Origin: Minisyncoccia bacterium
Lineage (GTDB): Bacteria > Patescibacteriota > Minisyncoccia > Phycocordibacterales > Phycocordibacteraceae
Length of the DNA stretch: 64,000 nucleotides
Direction: 5' to 3'
Assembly: GCA_038912545.1 (NCBI GenBank)
Contig: JBCLFD010000001.1
Coordinates: forward strand, 18,956-82,955
Under the pieces are notes generated by a model. It made no database searches. It was given only the letters and a program-made list of their open reading frames with translations, and was not told the DNA's origin. The number at the start of each line of letters is the position of its first letter. The first letter of the stretch is position 1. Both the position numbers and the translations under genes were made by a program. Positions 8,998-18,486 of the stretch are shown here, piece by piece.

Positions 8998-9018
8998 TGT
9001 GGACACTAAGTGTCCACA
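8998..9018. repeat. Palindromic mini-repeat / bidirectional hairpin
   Basis: TGTGGACACT-A-AGTGTCCACA. Confidence 0.6.
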
Positions 9019-9021
9019 AAA

Positions 9022-9264
9022 TTAAATACGACCGGCTTTTTTGAGAGCAGCGAAGGCGCCGTTCTTTTTTATCGTTTTAAGGCCGTTCGCCGAGACGTCA
9101 ATGATAATCGTCTTGCCGAGCTCTGGCACATAGATGCGACGGCGCTGAAGATTCGCCTTACGACGCACCTTGCCGGTGGGGTTAAACTGCGTCGCACGAG
9201 TACGGTTAGAATACCGCCCGCCGACTTGCGTGCTCTTACCAGTTATTTCACAAGCGCGTGCCAT
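9022..9264 (-). CDS. rpmB: 50S ribosomal protein L28
   Basis: MARACEITGK...RKANLQ...VSANGLKTIKK. Confidence 0.95.
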   Translation of the reverse strand: MARACEITGKSTQVGGRYSNRTRATQFNPTGKVRRKANLQRRRIYVPELGKTIIIDVSANGLKTIKKNGAFAALKKAGRI

Positions 9265-9302
9265 AGTCGCAACATGGTAGCATGGGATTCAAAACGAGCA
9301 AA

Positions 9303-9935
9303 ATGACTTTACTTCTCGCCCTCATCGTTCTCATTCTCTCCATTATCCTCCACGAGGTGGCGCACGGCTACGCTGCCGACTCGCTCGGCGACCCGACCGC
9401 GCGTCTCGCCGGTCGCCTGACTCTTAATCCGGTCCCACATATTGATCTTATGGGTTCCATCGTACTTCCGGCATTACTGGTATTCACTCAATCGCCGATT
9501 CTCTTCGGTTGGGCGAAGCCGGTTCCCTATAATCCCTATAATCTGCGCAATAAGCGCTGGGGGGAGGCGCTCGTCGCTGTTGCGGGCTCGGCAACGAACA
9601 TTCTGCTCGCCATTATCTTTGGTCTCATTGTGCGCTATGGGGCGGGGCTTGGCTTTGATGCCACCGCACTTTCTCTGGCTTCCACGATTGCATTCGTCAA
9701 TCTCTTTTTAGGACTCTTTAATCTCATCCCGATACCCCCTTTAGACGGCTTCACGACTCTGCGCGCGCTCCTGCCATGGAATCTCGCCCAGAGTCTTATT
9801 CGTTTTGAAAATCAAATCCGCGCTGGAGGTGCTCTCTCACTCATCCTCTTCCTCCTCATTTTCTACTACGTTCTTGCTGTCCCTTTCTTCAAGCTTGTTA
9901 TGTATCTCTTCGGTCTCCTTATTGGTGGCGTGTAG
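9303..9935 (+). CDS. Site-2 protease (M50) family
   Basis: HEVAH, GDPTARLAGRLTLNP, FNLIPIPPLDG. Confidence 0.92.
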   Translation: MTLLLALIVLILSIILHEVAHGYAADSLGDPTARLAGRLTLNPVPHIDLMGSIVLPALLVFTQSPILFGWAKPVPYNPYNLRNKRWGEALVAVAGSATNILLAIIFGLIVRYGAGLGFDATALSLASTIAFVNLFLGLFNLIPIPPLDGFTTLRALLPWNLAQSLIRFENQIRAGGALSLILFLLIFYYVLAVPFFKLVMYLFGLLIGGV

Positions 9936-9974
9936 TCGTACAGAGAGGCGCGGGCGACTGTTATAATAAAACCG

Positions 9975-10418
9975 ATGGAGTACCAAGTTCCGCAGTTTAT
10001 TGAAGTGGAGGATAAGGTCGTTGGACCACTGACGCTCCGACAATTTATCTATCTCGCCGGCTCTGGCGGTATCTGTGTCATCCTCATCGCCTACCTGCCA
10101 CTCGTTTTCGCGATTCTGCTCTGCATCCCCGTTGTTGCGCTCGGTGCCGCGCTTTCTTTTTATAAAGTAAACGGTAAATCGTTTATAGAAATTCTTGAAG
10201 CGGGCTTCAATTATTACACTGGAGCAAAGATGTTTCTCTGGAAGCGGGAAGCGCCGAAAGCAGAGAAGCCCGGCGCTGCAGCGGCTGCTGCCGCAGCCGC
10301 TGAGGCCGCGCTTCATCCAAAACACGCTCCGCGTCTCACAAGCGGAAAGCTCACCGAGCTCGCGTGGTCGTTAGATATTCAGAAACCAGACACTAACATC
10401 CTAGAGCCAAAATCCTAA
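9975..10418 (+). CDS. PrgI family protein (VirB3-like)
   Basis: YQVPQFIEVEDKVVGPLTLRQF + two TMs. Confidence 0.85.
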   Translation: MEYQVPQFIEVEDKVVGPLTLRQFIYLAGSGGICVILIAYLPLVFAILLCIPVVALGAALSFYKVNGKSFIEILEAGFNYYTGAKMFLWKREAPKAEKPGAAAAAAAAAEAALHPKHAPRLTSGKLTELAWSLDIQKPDTNILEPKS

Positions 10419-10423
10419 TTTGT

Positions 10424-11062
10424 ATGTCTACTCCAACCATCGGCGCCACACAGCATTTCGTTCCCGTTAAAGAGATCCGGAACGGTACCATTATCCTGAA
10501 TGATGGCGGGTATCGCGGTATCCTTATGTGCTCCTCTATCAACTTCGGTCTCAAGTCGGCCGACGAACAGCACGCCATCACGCTTGGATTCCAAAACTTC
10601 TTGAATATGCTTGATTTCTCTATTCAAATCGTTATCAACTCGCGCAAAATGGACCTGCGTCCCTATCTCGCACTCTTAGAGGGGAAATCCGCCGACCAAA
10701 AGACCGAACTAATGCGCATTCAACTGCGTGAATATGTGGAATTCGTCCGTTCGTTCGCCGATCAGGCGAATATTATGACGAAAATGTTTTATATCGTTGT
10801 GCCGTACGCGCCGAGAGCGAGCGTGGCAAATGTTCTGCATACAATCAGCTTTCTCGGCGGGAAGAAAGAAACTCAAGCGGTTCGTGACAGCTCTTTTGAA
10901 GAAGACCGTATCCAGCTTGAACAGCGCCTCTCGCTCGTTGCAGGAGGACTTGAAGGCACCGGCGTGCGCGCGGTCCCTCTCGGCACCGAAGAAGTGATTG
11001 AGCTCCTCTATCGGGCGTTCAATCCGGGCGAGCTGGAGAATCCGATTCGTCTTGATGCATGA
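10424..11062 (+). CDS. TraC/VirB4 N-terminal-like protein
   Basis: SINFGLKS..EQ.AI...FQ.FLN.LDF.IQI; sits between prgI and virB4. Confidence 0.7.
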   Translation: MSTPTIGATQHFVPVKEIRNGTIILNDGGYRGILMCSSINFGLKSADEQHAITLGFQNFLNMLDFSIQIVINSRKMDLRPYLALLEGKSADQKTELMRIQLREYVEFVRSFADQANIMTKMFYIVVPYAPRASVANVLHTISFLGGKKETQAVRDSSFEEDRIQLEQRLSLVAGGLEGTGVRAVPLGTEEVIELLYRAFNPGELENPIRLDA

Positions 11063-11098
11063 TTATGATGTGTAAACTTTTAAATATTTAAATATTTT

Positions 11099-12913
11099 AT
11101 GTCCTTACTCGACTTTCTCAACAAAAAGAATCAAGAAACGCCGGAGATTGTGCCGGTCCTGCCGAAAGACATCTACCGACAGGGGACACTGAATCTCGTT
11201 GATACGATAGCGCCAACCGCGCTGAAGATCGGCTCGCGCGAGCTGGAGCTCGGAGAGAAGTTCGTCCGTGCATTTTATACAATCTCCTATCCGCGTTTTC
11301 TAGCGGACAGCTGGTTCTCGCCAGTGGTGAATCTGGATAAAGTGCTGGATGTCTCAATCTTCATCCACCCGATAGACACCGAGCAGGCGCTCCGCAATTT
11401 CCAGAAAAAGGTCGCCGAGGTGGAGAGCCAGATTAATGAACGCGAGACGAAGGGCCTTGTGCGCGATCCGATGCTTGATACCTCCCACCAGGACCTTGAG
11501 TCGCTCCGCAACAATCTCCAACAGGCGCAGGAAAAACTTTTTGATGTCGGTCTTTACCTTGCGCTTTACGGCGACTCCCGAGAAGAAATTGACAAAACCG
11601 AGGGCGATATCCGCGGGATTCTTGATGCGAAGCTCGTTTACACCAAGCCCGCGCTCTTCCAACAGGAACAAGGATTCCGCTCCTGCCTCCCACTCGGCAC
11701 CGATGAACTCTTGGTTAATTCTAAACTGAATTCGTCGCCCCTCTCGTCGTTCTTCCCCTTCGTTTCGTTTGACCTCACGAGCGATCGCGGGATTCTCTAC
11801 GGGATAAATAGGCATAATTCATCCCTCATCCTCTTTGACCGCTTCTCGCTGGAGAATTACAACTCGGTCGTCTTCGCAAAGTCTGGCTCGGGCAAGAGTT
11901 ATGCGACGAAGCTGGAGGTACTTCGTTCGCTTATGTTCGGCACCGACGTCATCGTCATTGACCCAGAGCGCGAATATGAACAGCTCGCCGAGGCCACCGG
12001 CGGTCGTTCCTTCAATATCTCGCTCTCATCCGAACATCACATCAACCCTTTTGACCTCCCTCCGGTAAAGGAGGATGAGGACCCTCGCGATATCCTGCGC
12101 TCTAACATTATCAATCTCGTCGGGCTTTTCCGCCTTATGCTCGGCGGGCTCTCGCCAACCGAGGACGCGATTATTGACCGTGCCATCAGCGAGACGTATG
12201 CACTTAAAGACATCACCGGCGACGCAGACTTCACCGGTGCGGAACCGCCCTTGCTCTCCGACTTTGAACAAGTGCTCTCTGGCATGGAGGGAAGCGAATC
12301 CCTCGTGGAGCGACTCTCCAAATATACACGCGGGACGTGGTCGGGGTTCCTCAACCAGCCGACGAATATCAATATCAATCAGCAGTTCGTCGTCTTCTCG
12401 GTACGTGATATGGAGGATGAGTTGAAACCGATTGCGATGTATATCACGACGCACTACATCTGGAACGCGATACGTCACGAACTGAAGAAACGCCTGCTCA
12501 TTATTGACGAGGCATGGTGGATGATGAAGAGCGAAGACACAGCGAGCTTCCTCTACAGTATGGCAAAGCGCGGACGCAAATATTATCTCGGCGTCTGCAC
12601 CATCACGCAGGACGTGGAGGACTTCTTAAAGAGCCCGTACGGGAGGCCGATTCTCACAAACTCTTCACTTCAGCTCCTCTTGAAACAATCACCGACGACA
12701 ATTGATGTGCTCCAGCAGACATTTAATCTCACCGACGAAGAAAAATATCTCCTGCTGGAAGCGGGTGTGGGGGAGGGGCTCTTCTTCGCAGGGCTGAAGC
12801 ACGTCGCGATAAAGGTCGTCGCGAGCTATACCGAGGATCAAATCATCACCTCCGATCCTTCCCAGCTCATTGCGATTAAACAAGAGAAGGATCGCCATGC
12901 CGCGCAACAATAG
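11099..12913 (+). CDS. VirB4/TraE-like secretion ATPase
   Basis: Walker A AKSGSGKS, VIDPEREY, INPFD, Walker B LIIDEAW, RKY..G....TQ. Confidence 0.9.
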   Translation: MSLLDFLNKKNQETPEIVPVLPKDIYRQGTLNLVDTIAPTALKIGSRELELGEKFVRAFYTISYPRFLADSWFSPVVNLDKVLDVSIFIHPIDTEQALRNFQKKVAEVESQINERETKGLVRDPMLDTSHQDLESLRNNLQQAQEKLFDVGLYLALYGDSREEIDKTEGDIRGILDAKLVYTKPALFQQEQGFRSCLPLGTDELLVNSKLNSSPLSSFFPFVSFDLTSDRGILYGINRHNSSLILFDRFSLENYNSVVFAKSGSGKSYATKLEVLRSLMFGTDVIVIDPEREYEQLAEATGGRSFNISLSSEHHINPFDLPPVKEDEDPRDILRSNIINLVGLFRLMLGGLSPTEDAIIDRAISETYALKDITGDADFTGAEPPLLSDFEQVLSGMEGSESLVERLSKYTRGTWSGFLNQPTNININQQFVVFSVRDMEDELKPIAMYITTHYIWNAIRHELKKRLLIIDEAWWMMKSEDTASFLYSMAKRGRKYYLGVCTITQDVEDFLKSPYGRPILTNSSLQLLLKQSPTTIDVLQQTFNLTDEEKYLLLEAGVGEGLFFAGLKHVAIKVVASYTEDQIITSDPSQLIAIKQEKDRHAAQQ

Positions 12914-13523
12914 TAGTCCGCCACCACCGCCCGTGATGACGTGGGGCAAAGCATCTCCGATTCTCATCGTCTCCGGCATTTTTGATGCTCTTCGTTATAT
13001 GTTTTTGATGTTTTGGTTTTTCGGACCGGCTCTGGCAGCCCTCTACTGCACCGTCAAAACTAGCGCGGTGGTCGGGACGACTATAGGAGGGTTCGCGTGT
13101 ACAACAGGAGCTGCGGTGGTTGGTTTCTACGGGGCGCCCATCTTTGCCGCCTTTGGTACTATCATGGCGATGGCGACTGCGCTCGCTGGATTCCTCACCG
13201 TATTCCTTCTTCTCGCCATTATGAATAGTCGTGTATTCAAAGAGCCAACGACAATTTTGTGGGCATTGTTCGGCCTTACTATCAGCATCACCGTCACGGT
13301 GTGGCGGCTCTACAGCGCGCAGATTAAAACCGAAAAGGCTGCCTATAAAAAATGGGAAAAGGAAACTGCAGATGCGCGTGCGCGCGAACAACAACAGCGC
13401 GCTCTACAAGCTCAGCAAGCCCAACAAGCCCAGCAGATGCAACAGACGCAAGCGGAGCAAATTGCTGAACAAGAAGAAACACAACAAGAGGAACAAAAGA
13501 GTCGCGCGGAGGCGTTATACTAG
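12897..13523 (+). CDS. Membrane protein with Gln-rich coiled-coil tail
   Basis: Several TM segments, QQAQQAQQMQQ tail; overlaps the virB4 stop. Confidence 0.65.
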   Translation: MPRNNSSPPPPPVMTWGKASPILIVSGIFDALRYMFLMFWFFGPALAALYCTVKTSAVVGTTIGGFACTTGAAVVGFYGAPIFAAFGTIMAMATALAGFLTVFLLLAIMNSRVFKEPTTILWALFGLTISITVTVWRLYSAQIKTEKAAYKKWEKETADARAREQQQRALQAQQAQQAQQMQQTQAEQIAEQEETQQEEQKSRAEALY

Positions 13524-13527
13524 AGAC

Positions 13528-14505
13528 ATGCGATATGCGCTTCTGATAGGACTTATGCTCGTGGCGCCGATGATGGTGTCGGCGCAGTATATGACGAGTA
13601 CGGATCCATTCAACCTCACGGTCACGCCTCAGTATCCCGTACCGAATAGTTCTGTCACTCTCACCGCACTCTCTGCGGGCATTGATCTCGCGAACGCGAC
13701 AATGGATGTTTCTGCGAACGGTACGTCGGTCTACAAGGGCTCGGTACGCGCGGTTGATGTCCCAGTCCTAGGCGCCGGCGTGCTCATTAATATACGAGTA
13801 GTGATAACGAGCAATGGCGCGAGCGCGAGCCAGACGGTTTCTGTCCGCCCGCAGGACCTCGTGCTTATAACTGAACCGCTCGCGACCGCACCACCGCTCT
13901 ATCTCGGCAAAGCACTTCCGCCTCTCGGCGGGAGTGTGCGCATTGTCGCCGTAGCAGGATTTAAAAATGGAAGCGGTACCGCGCTTGACCCCGCGAAACT
14001 CTCGTATGCGTGGAAGGTGGACGACGCTCTCCAGGCGAATATGTCGGGTATCGGTAAGAGCGCGATTATCGTCGCGACACCGCTTCAATATCGCAATCGC
14101 AGTGTGTCGGTGGTCGTCCAGAGCCAAGACGGCTCTCTCGTGACCGGCGCATCGCTCTCGCTCGCCCCTCACGAACCGACCGTTCGTATTTATGAAAATG
14201 ACCCCCTGCTCGGCATCCGCTTTGACCGCGCACTATCGTCTTCATACTCCATCACTGATGCAGAATCCTCGCTCTATGCTGGCCTCTATTCATTCCCGAC
14301 TGGAGCGGGCACATCCGCGATTAATTGGTATCTAAATGGTGCACTCGCACAGAGCGGTACAACGATAACACTCCGTCCCACGGGGCTAGGGAAGGGGAAT
14401 GCCTCTCTTTCGCTCGTCGCGGCAATAGGCGACCTTGTGAGCGCAACACAATCGCTTCAAATATTATTCGGGGCGAAGCCCACATCTAATTTCTTCGGCT
14501 TATGA
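13528..14505 (+). CDS. Secreted beta-rich (Ig/PKD-like) protein
   Basis: Signal peptide MRYALLIG...VSA; repeated Y.W.VD / .WYLNG strands; TATACT just upstream. Confidence 0.7.
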   Translation: MRYALLIGLMLVAPMMVSAQYMTSTDPFNLTVTPQYPVPNSSVTLTALSAGIDLANATMDVSANGTSVYKGSVRAVDVPVLGAGVLINIRVVITSNGASASQTVSVRPQDLVLITEPLATAPPLYLGKALPPLGGSVRIVAVAGFKNGSGTALDPAKLSYAWKVDDALQANMSGIGKSAIIVATPLQYRNRSVSVVVQSQDGSLVTGASLSLAPHEPTVRIYENDPLLGIRFDRALSSSYSITDAESSLYAGLYSFPTGAGTSAINWYLNGALAQSGTTITLRPTGLGKGNASLSLVAAIGDLVSATQSLQILFGAKPTSNFFGL

Positions 14506-15458
14506 TGAGAAAAACTTTTATAACTTTGTCGCTCTTCGCCATCGCATTTGTGGCAACGTCCGCGCACGCTCAAGAATTCATCCCGCTCGCGCCCATTCCG
14601 GGCCTCACCACAGGAATAACAGCAGATCAGGCGGGTCTCGCGAACTTTTTAAATAATCTTTACAAATATCTCATTGGTCTTGCTGCTGTTATCGCGGTGG
14701 TAGAGATTATCTGGGGCGGTCTCCTCTATTCCACACAGGATGTGCCGGGATCGAAAACGAATGGAAAAGAAAAAATCCAGAATGCACTCCTCGGCCTCGT
14801 CCTCGTCCTCTCCCCCGTCCTTGTCTTCTCCATCATCAATCCAAGCATCCTGAATCTCTCCATCAATCTCCCGGAGCTCGACACAAAATCCGGCGCTCCG
14901 AATCAAACAGGGGGTACGGGAGGAACTGGGACTCAAACTGTTGATGCTACAACTAACTGTACTGTGACGGGCACGATTGGCATCCTCCAGATTGCGACTT
15001 GTCCAACAGAGTCTGCATCAAAAACATGGGGGGCGACGTGTACGTGGGGTAATTTGTCGTCAATTGAACCCCTCACGATTAGTGCTGGTGGTGCCGTTGC
15101 ACAAAATACAATTTCCTGCTCTAACAAAAACAGTTATGTATTCATAGAGACGATAGGTGTAGTAAGCTTTTCGAAAGCAATAAATACTCTTCGTCCATTA
15201 GCCCAGACTGTCGACAATTCCGAGAATGCATCATCTGCAATTTCGTTTGCGAATATTTGTAATGCAGCAGGACGAAAAACATGCATAAGTGACATCCCTA
15301 AGGTTACTTTTTCCGTTGAGTGTTTACCAAAACCAATGACACAAATTCCTGCCTCATCCGGAGGAAGCGGCAAATGCTATAAAGAGACACTTACTTGTGA
15401 AAATGTAAGCGGAAATACAAAGTGTGTTGCAACTCCTGATTGGACACCATTCCAATAA
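14502..15458 (+). CDS. TrbC/VirB2-like pilin with Cys-rich C-terminal domain
   Basis: Signal peptide, ..IIWGG..Y....GKEKIQNALLGLVLVL....F..INP pilin motif; 10 Cys in the tail. Confidence 0.7.
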   Translation: MMRKTFITLSLFAIAFVATSAHAQEFIPLAPIPGLTTGITADQAGLANFLNNLYKYLIGLAAVIAVVEIIWGGLLYSTQDVPGSKTNGKEKIQNALLGLVLVLSPVLVFSIINPSILNLSINLPELDTKSGAPNQTGGTGGTGTQTVDATTNCTVTGTIGILQIATCPTESASKTWGATCTWGNLSSIEPLTISAGGAVAQNTISCSNKNSYVFIETIGVVSFSKAINTLRPLAQTVDNSENASSAISFANICNAAGRKTCISDIPKVTFSVECLPKPMTQIPASSGGSGKCYKETLTCENVSGNTKCVATPDWTPFQ

Positions 15459-15460
15459 AT

Positions 15461-17095
15461 ATGCGACGGACACTTACCATCATCGCAGTTGTGATAGTCC
15501 TCGGAGGACTTGTGGTGTGGGCGTATTTCTCATTCTTCGCAAATCAGGCGGGCATTACGGTCGCGCCAACGGGTACGACGAGCTTGCCGGGAGCAGGGCA
15601 GGCGACTACCCCCACTCAGGGCGAGACGGCGTCTCCGGCGACGACTGCGGTCACTACAGCGGCTGGTGCACGGTTGGTGAAGATAAGTGCGGGGCCGGTG
15701 GTGCCGAGCCCTATTGTTTACAGAAGCACGTCAACAACAACACCAGGATTCTTTGTAAACTACATTGAGCGACAGAGCGGAAACGTTTTCTCCTATTCGT
15801 CTGTCACCCGTTCATCCACGAGAATAAGCAACAAAACCGTTCCGGGAATCCAGTTGGCAGTGTGGCTTCCGAGTGCCCAGACGGCGTTTGTGCGCTATCT
15901 ATCGGGCACTGATTCTACAACTATCAATACGTACGCTCTGAACGCGGACGGTTCCGACGGTTTCTTTTTGGAACAAAATCTCGCTGATATCGCCGTTTCT
16001 TCAACCAGTATTTTGACTCTCGCGTCTGGCGTAACCGGCTCGGTCGCGTCCACCCGCCGCACCGATGGGACGCGCTCGGTTGAAGTGTTTTCTTCGCCAC
16101 TCTCCTCTCTCCGAGTCGCCCTCGCCGGTAAGAATCGTTATTTCGCCTTTACCAATCCTTCGTCATCTCTCGGTGGAGCGGTATTTCTTGTTGATGGTGC
16201 TGGTCGGCTCTCTCGCATCGCCGGTCCTCTAAACGGACTCGTCGCTCTCCCGAGCCCTTCGGGCGCGACCGTGCTCGTGAGCTATGTGGTCGGCGGCGCG
16301 ATGCAGATGGAGCTTGTGAACACCGCGACCGGCGCCGTGACTCAACTCCCGGTCGCTACTATCGCCGACAAATGTGTCTGGGCTGCTGACAACTTGGCGG
16401 TCTATTGTGGTATCCCAATGAACCCTCCGGCGAACTACACCTACCCAGACGACTGGTACCAGAGCGCAATTTCATTCTCTGATCGTATCTGGAAGATTAA
16501 TGTCGCCGGACGCTATGCTGAATTGGTCCTTGATTTCTCAAAAGAAAATGATATCGCTCTTGATGCTGTGGCTCTTTCTATTGATTCTGCCGGAACGGCA
16601 CTCTCCTTCATCAATAAAATAGACGGCTCTCTCTGGGTATATTCACCACAAATATCGTATCAAGAAGCATCGCAAACATCGCCAGCCCCAACCATTCAAG
16701 TGCCAGTTTCACAAAAAACACCATCAATCAATCAAAATACACCCTCCTCAACAAACAATTCAGAAGTAAATACCCCTCCCGTTTCAACAGGAGCACAAAC
16801 TAACAATCAACTAACGCCAAATCCAACAACATCCGTACCGTCAAGCGTTTCTGTAAACATACAAGGTTTTGCGTTTAATCCCTCAACACTGACAATTAAA
16901 AAAGACACAAAGGTTACGTGGACTAATAATGACAGTGTAATTCATACTGTAACTTCTGATTCCGGTAATCTTCTAAATTCGCCAACACTTTCTCCTGGAA
17001 CATCTTTCAGTTTTACTTTCGCCAACACTGGTTCACTAACCTATCATTGTGCTGTTCACCCGACTATGAAAAGCACAATTATTGTTGAAAACTAA
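15461..17095 (+). CDS. Membrane-anchored beta-propeller-like protein fused to a C-terminal cupredoxin (plastocyanin-like) domain
   Basis: N-terminal TM, KCVW / PDDWY / DRIW motifs, S/T/P linker, then FAFNPSTLTI..VTWTN.D...HTVT...YHCAVHPTM. Confidence 0.75.
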   Translation: MRRTLTIIAVVIVLGGLVVWAYFSFFANQAGITVAPTGTTSLPGAGQATTPTQGETASPATTAVTTAAGARLVKISAGPVVPSPIVYRSTSTTTPGFFVNYIERQSGNVFSYSSVTRSSTRISNKTVPGIQLAVWLPSAQTAFVRYLSGTDSTTINTYALNADGSDGFFLEQNLADIAVSSTSILTLASGVTGSVASTRRTDGTRSVEVFSSPLSSLRVALAGKNRYFAFTNPSSSLGGAVFLVDGAGRLSRIAGPLNGLVALPSPSGATVLVSYVVGGAMQMELVNTATGAVTQLPVATIADKCVWAADNLAVYCGIPMNPPANYTYPDDWYQSAISFSDRIWKINVAGRYAELVLDFSKENDIALDAVALSIDSAGTALSFINKIDGSLWVYSPQISYQEASQTSPAPTIQVPVSQKTPSINQNTPSSTNNSEVNTPPVSTGAQTNNQLTPNPTTSVPSSVSVNIQGFAFNPSTLTIKKDTKVTWTNNDSVIHTVTSDSGNLLNSPTLSPGTSFSFTFANTGSLTYHCAVHPTMKSTIIVEN

Positions 17096-17187
17096 CCTAA
17101 TTGTTTCGCTCTAAATTCCGATTGTCTCATTATTTCTACGGTCGTAAGTAAGTTGTGCTGATTAACATGTTTGGTCTGTTGGGTTGT

Positions 17188-17940
17188 TTACTCGGGAATG
17201 GTAAGAGATTTTGAGGCAGAACCCTTGGCGAGAGAGCGGCGCATATGCAATTCTTGGAGAGATCCGACGAGGTTTGTGGTGATGAAGTACAAAGCGAGGG
17301 CACTTGAAGTTGTATAGGAAATAATGCCAATAAGGAAGGGAAATACATATTTGAGCTGGAGGCCCATAATCTTTTGAAAGTCACCCTGCATACCGCCCGT
17401 GCTGGAGGGTTTCATCGTTCCTGCGAGAGAGAGATGTGCTTGAAGATATTGTGTGAGCCCTGCAAGTACTGCGAGCACAATACTCTTGCCCGTTACCGCA
17501 ATAATACCAAGTAGATTGAGCGATACCTCATCAGGAACTGGAGTAAATGAATATAAAAGTGCCGTATTTGCTCCCGAAAACGGTTCATAAAAGAATACCC
17601 AATAGAGAGCGAGAAGAACAGGGATTTGAATAAACACCATTAAGATACTGGCAAAAGGATTCACTTTTGCCTCTTTATAAAGAGAGAGTGTCGCTAGTGC
17701 TTCTTTTTCTTTATTCCCTTTGTGGATTTCCTTGAGCTCTTTTAGTTTCGGTTCCAAGTCTCTCATAGCGTGCTGTGTGCGCGCTGCAGCGAGAGAGAAT
17801 GGAAGAAGAATAAGCCGAATGACTATCGTGAGGAGGATAACGGCGATGCCGATGTCCGAACCTGGTACAAGCGCCACAAGCGCCACAAGCGCATTGTAGA
17901 TTGGATCATAAAAAACGGCGTGGAAAAATGCAGATATCAT
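17188..17940 (-). CDS. yidC: Membrane protein insertase YidC/Oxa1
   Basis: TIVIRLILLP, LYKE.KVNP, IQIPVL, ALYF; synteny with rnpA-rpmH. Confidence 0.93.
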   Translation of the reverse strand: MISAFFHAVFYDPIYNALVALVALVPGSDIGIAVILLTIVIRLILLPFSLAAARTQHAMRDLEPKLKELKEIHKGNKEKEALATLSLYKEAKVNPFASILMVFIQIPVLLALYWVFFYEPFSGANTALLYSFTPVPDEVSLNLLGIIAVTGKSIVLAVLAGLTQYLQAHLSLAGTMKPSSTGGMQGDFQKIMGLQLKYVFPFLIGIISYTTSSALALYFITTNLVGSLQELHMRRSLAKGSASKSLTIPE

Positions 17941-17950
17941 GTGGTAAGAA

Positions 17951-18250
17951 TCACGAAATAAGTTTAGTAAGTTCTAATTGCATTTCATCATACCTCATGT
18001 CCTTAACTCCCGCTCGCGGAAAGACAATTAGGCCCTTAGGGAGAGGAAGTGTCCGAAGAACTTCCAGTATTCGCCGTTTGATACGGTGGCGCGTCACTGC
18101 GAGGCGGGCTATCTTCTTCGACACGACGACGGCATAACCGGATTCTGTTTCGGACCGAACGATGGAAAAATGTGTAGAGGAATGGCGTTTGCCTGATTTT
18201 AATGTAGTCTCAAAAACCGTGCGAGAGAGCCGATTTCGGCGCTTAAACAC
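17951..18250 (-). CDS. rnpA: RNase P protein component
   Basis: RNRL, VVVSKKIARLAVTRHRIKRR; GTG start inferred. Confidence 0.9.
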   Translation of the reverse strand: MFKRRNRLSRTVFETTLKSGKRHSSTHFSIVRSETESGYAVVVSKKIARLAVTRHRIKRRILEVLRTLPLPKGLIVFPRAGVKDMRYDEMQLELTKLIS

Positions 18251-18257
18251 AGGACAT

Positions 18258-18395
18258 TCAGGCGGTGAGCTGGGTACGGCTGGCGCGACGCCGGCGGCGT
18301 ACAATCTTACGCCCAGAACTCGTCTTCGCACGCACCCGAAATCCGTGGGTCTTCGCGCGTTTTCTCTTTTTTGGTTGATAGGTTCGTTTAGCCAT
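18258..18395 (-). CDS. rpmH: 50S ribosomal protein L34 (below the ORF-track size cutoff)
   Basis: Hand translation [45 protein letters not shown]. Confidence 0.96.
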   Translation of the reverse strand: MAKRTYQPKKRKRAKTHGFRVRAKTSSGRKIVRRRRRASRTQLTA

Positions 18396-18486
18396 GATGA
18401 AATATAGTTATACACACCATACTAACAGGTTCTCCCCAAAACGCTAGAGTGCTTGTCTTTTTGAGAAGCGTATAATCAAGAACACT

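Noticed and set aside
9975-17095. Integrative conjugative element or prophage
   Set aside because: No integrase, relaxase, att repeats or phage structural genes; embedded among core genes.
7661-17146. Shared ACGGTCGTA at 7661 and 17138 as att sites
   Set aside because: Only 9 bp, and the interval contains the core gene rpmB; chance is likely.
18054-18068. AAGAACTTCCAGTA in rnpA resembling both unit-2 spacers
   Set aside because: Partial, overlapping, same-strand matches; wrong geometry.
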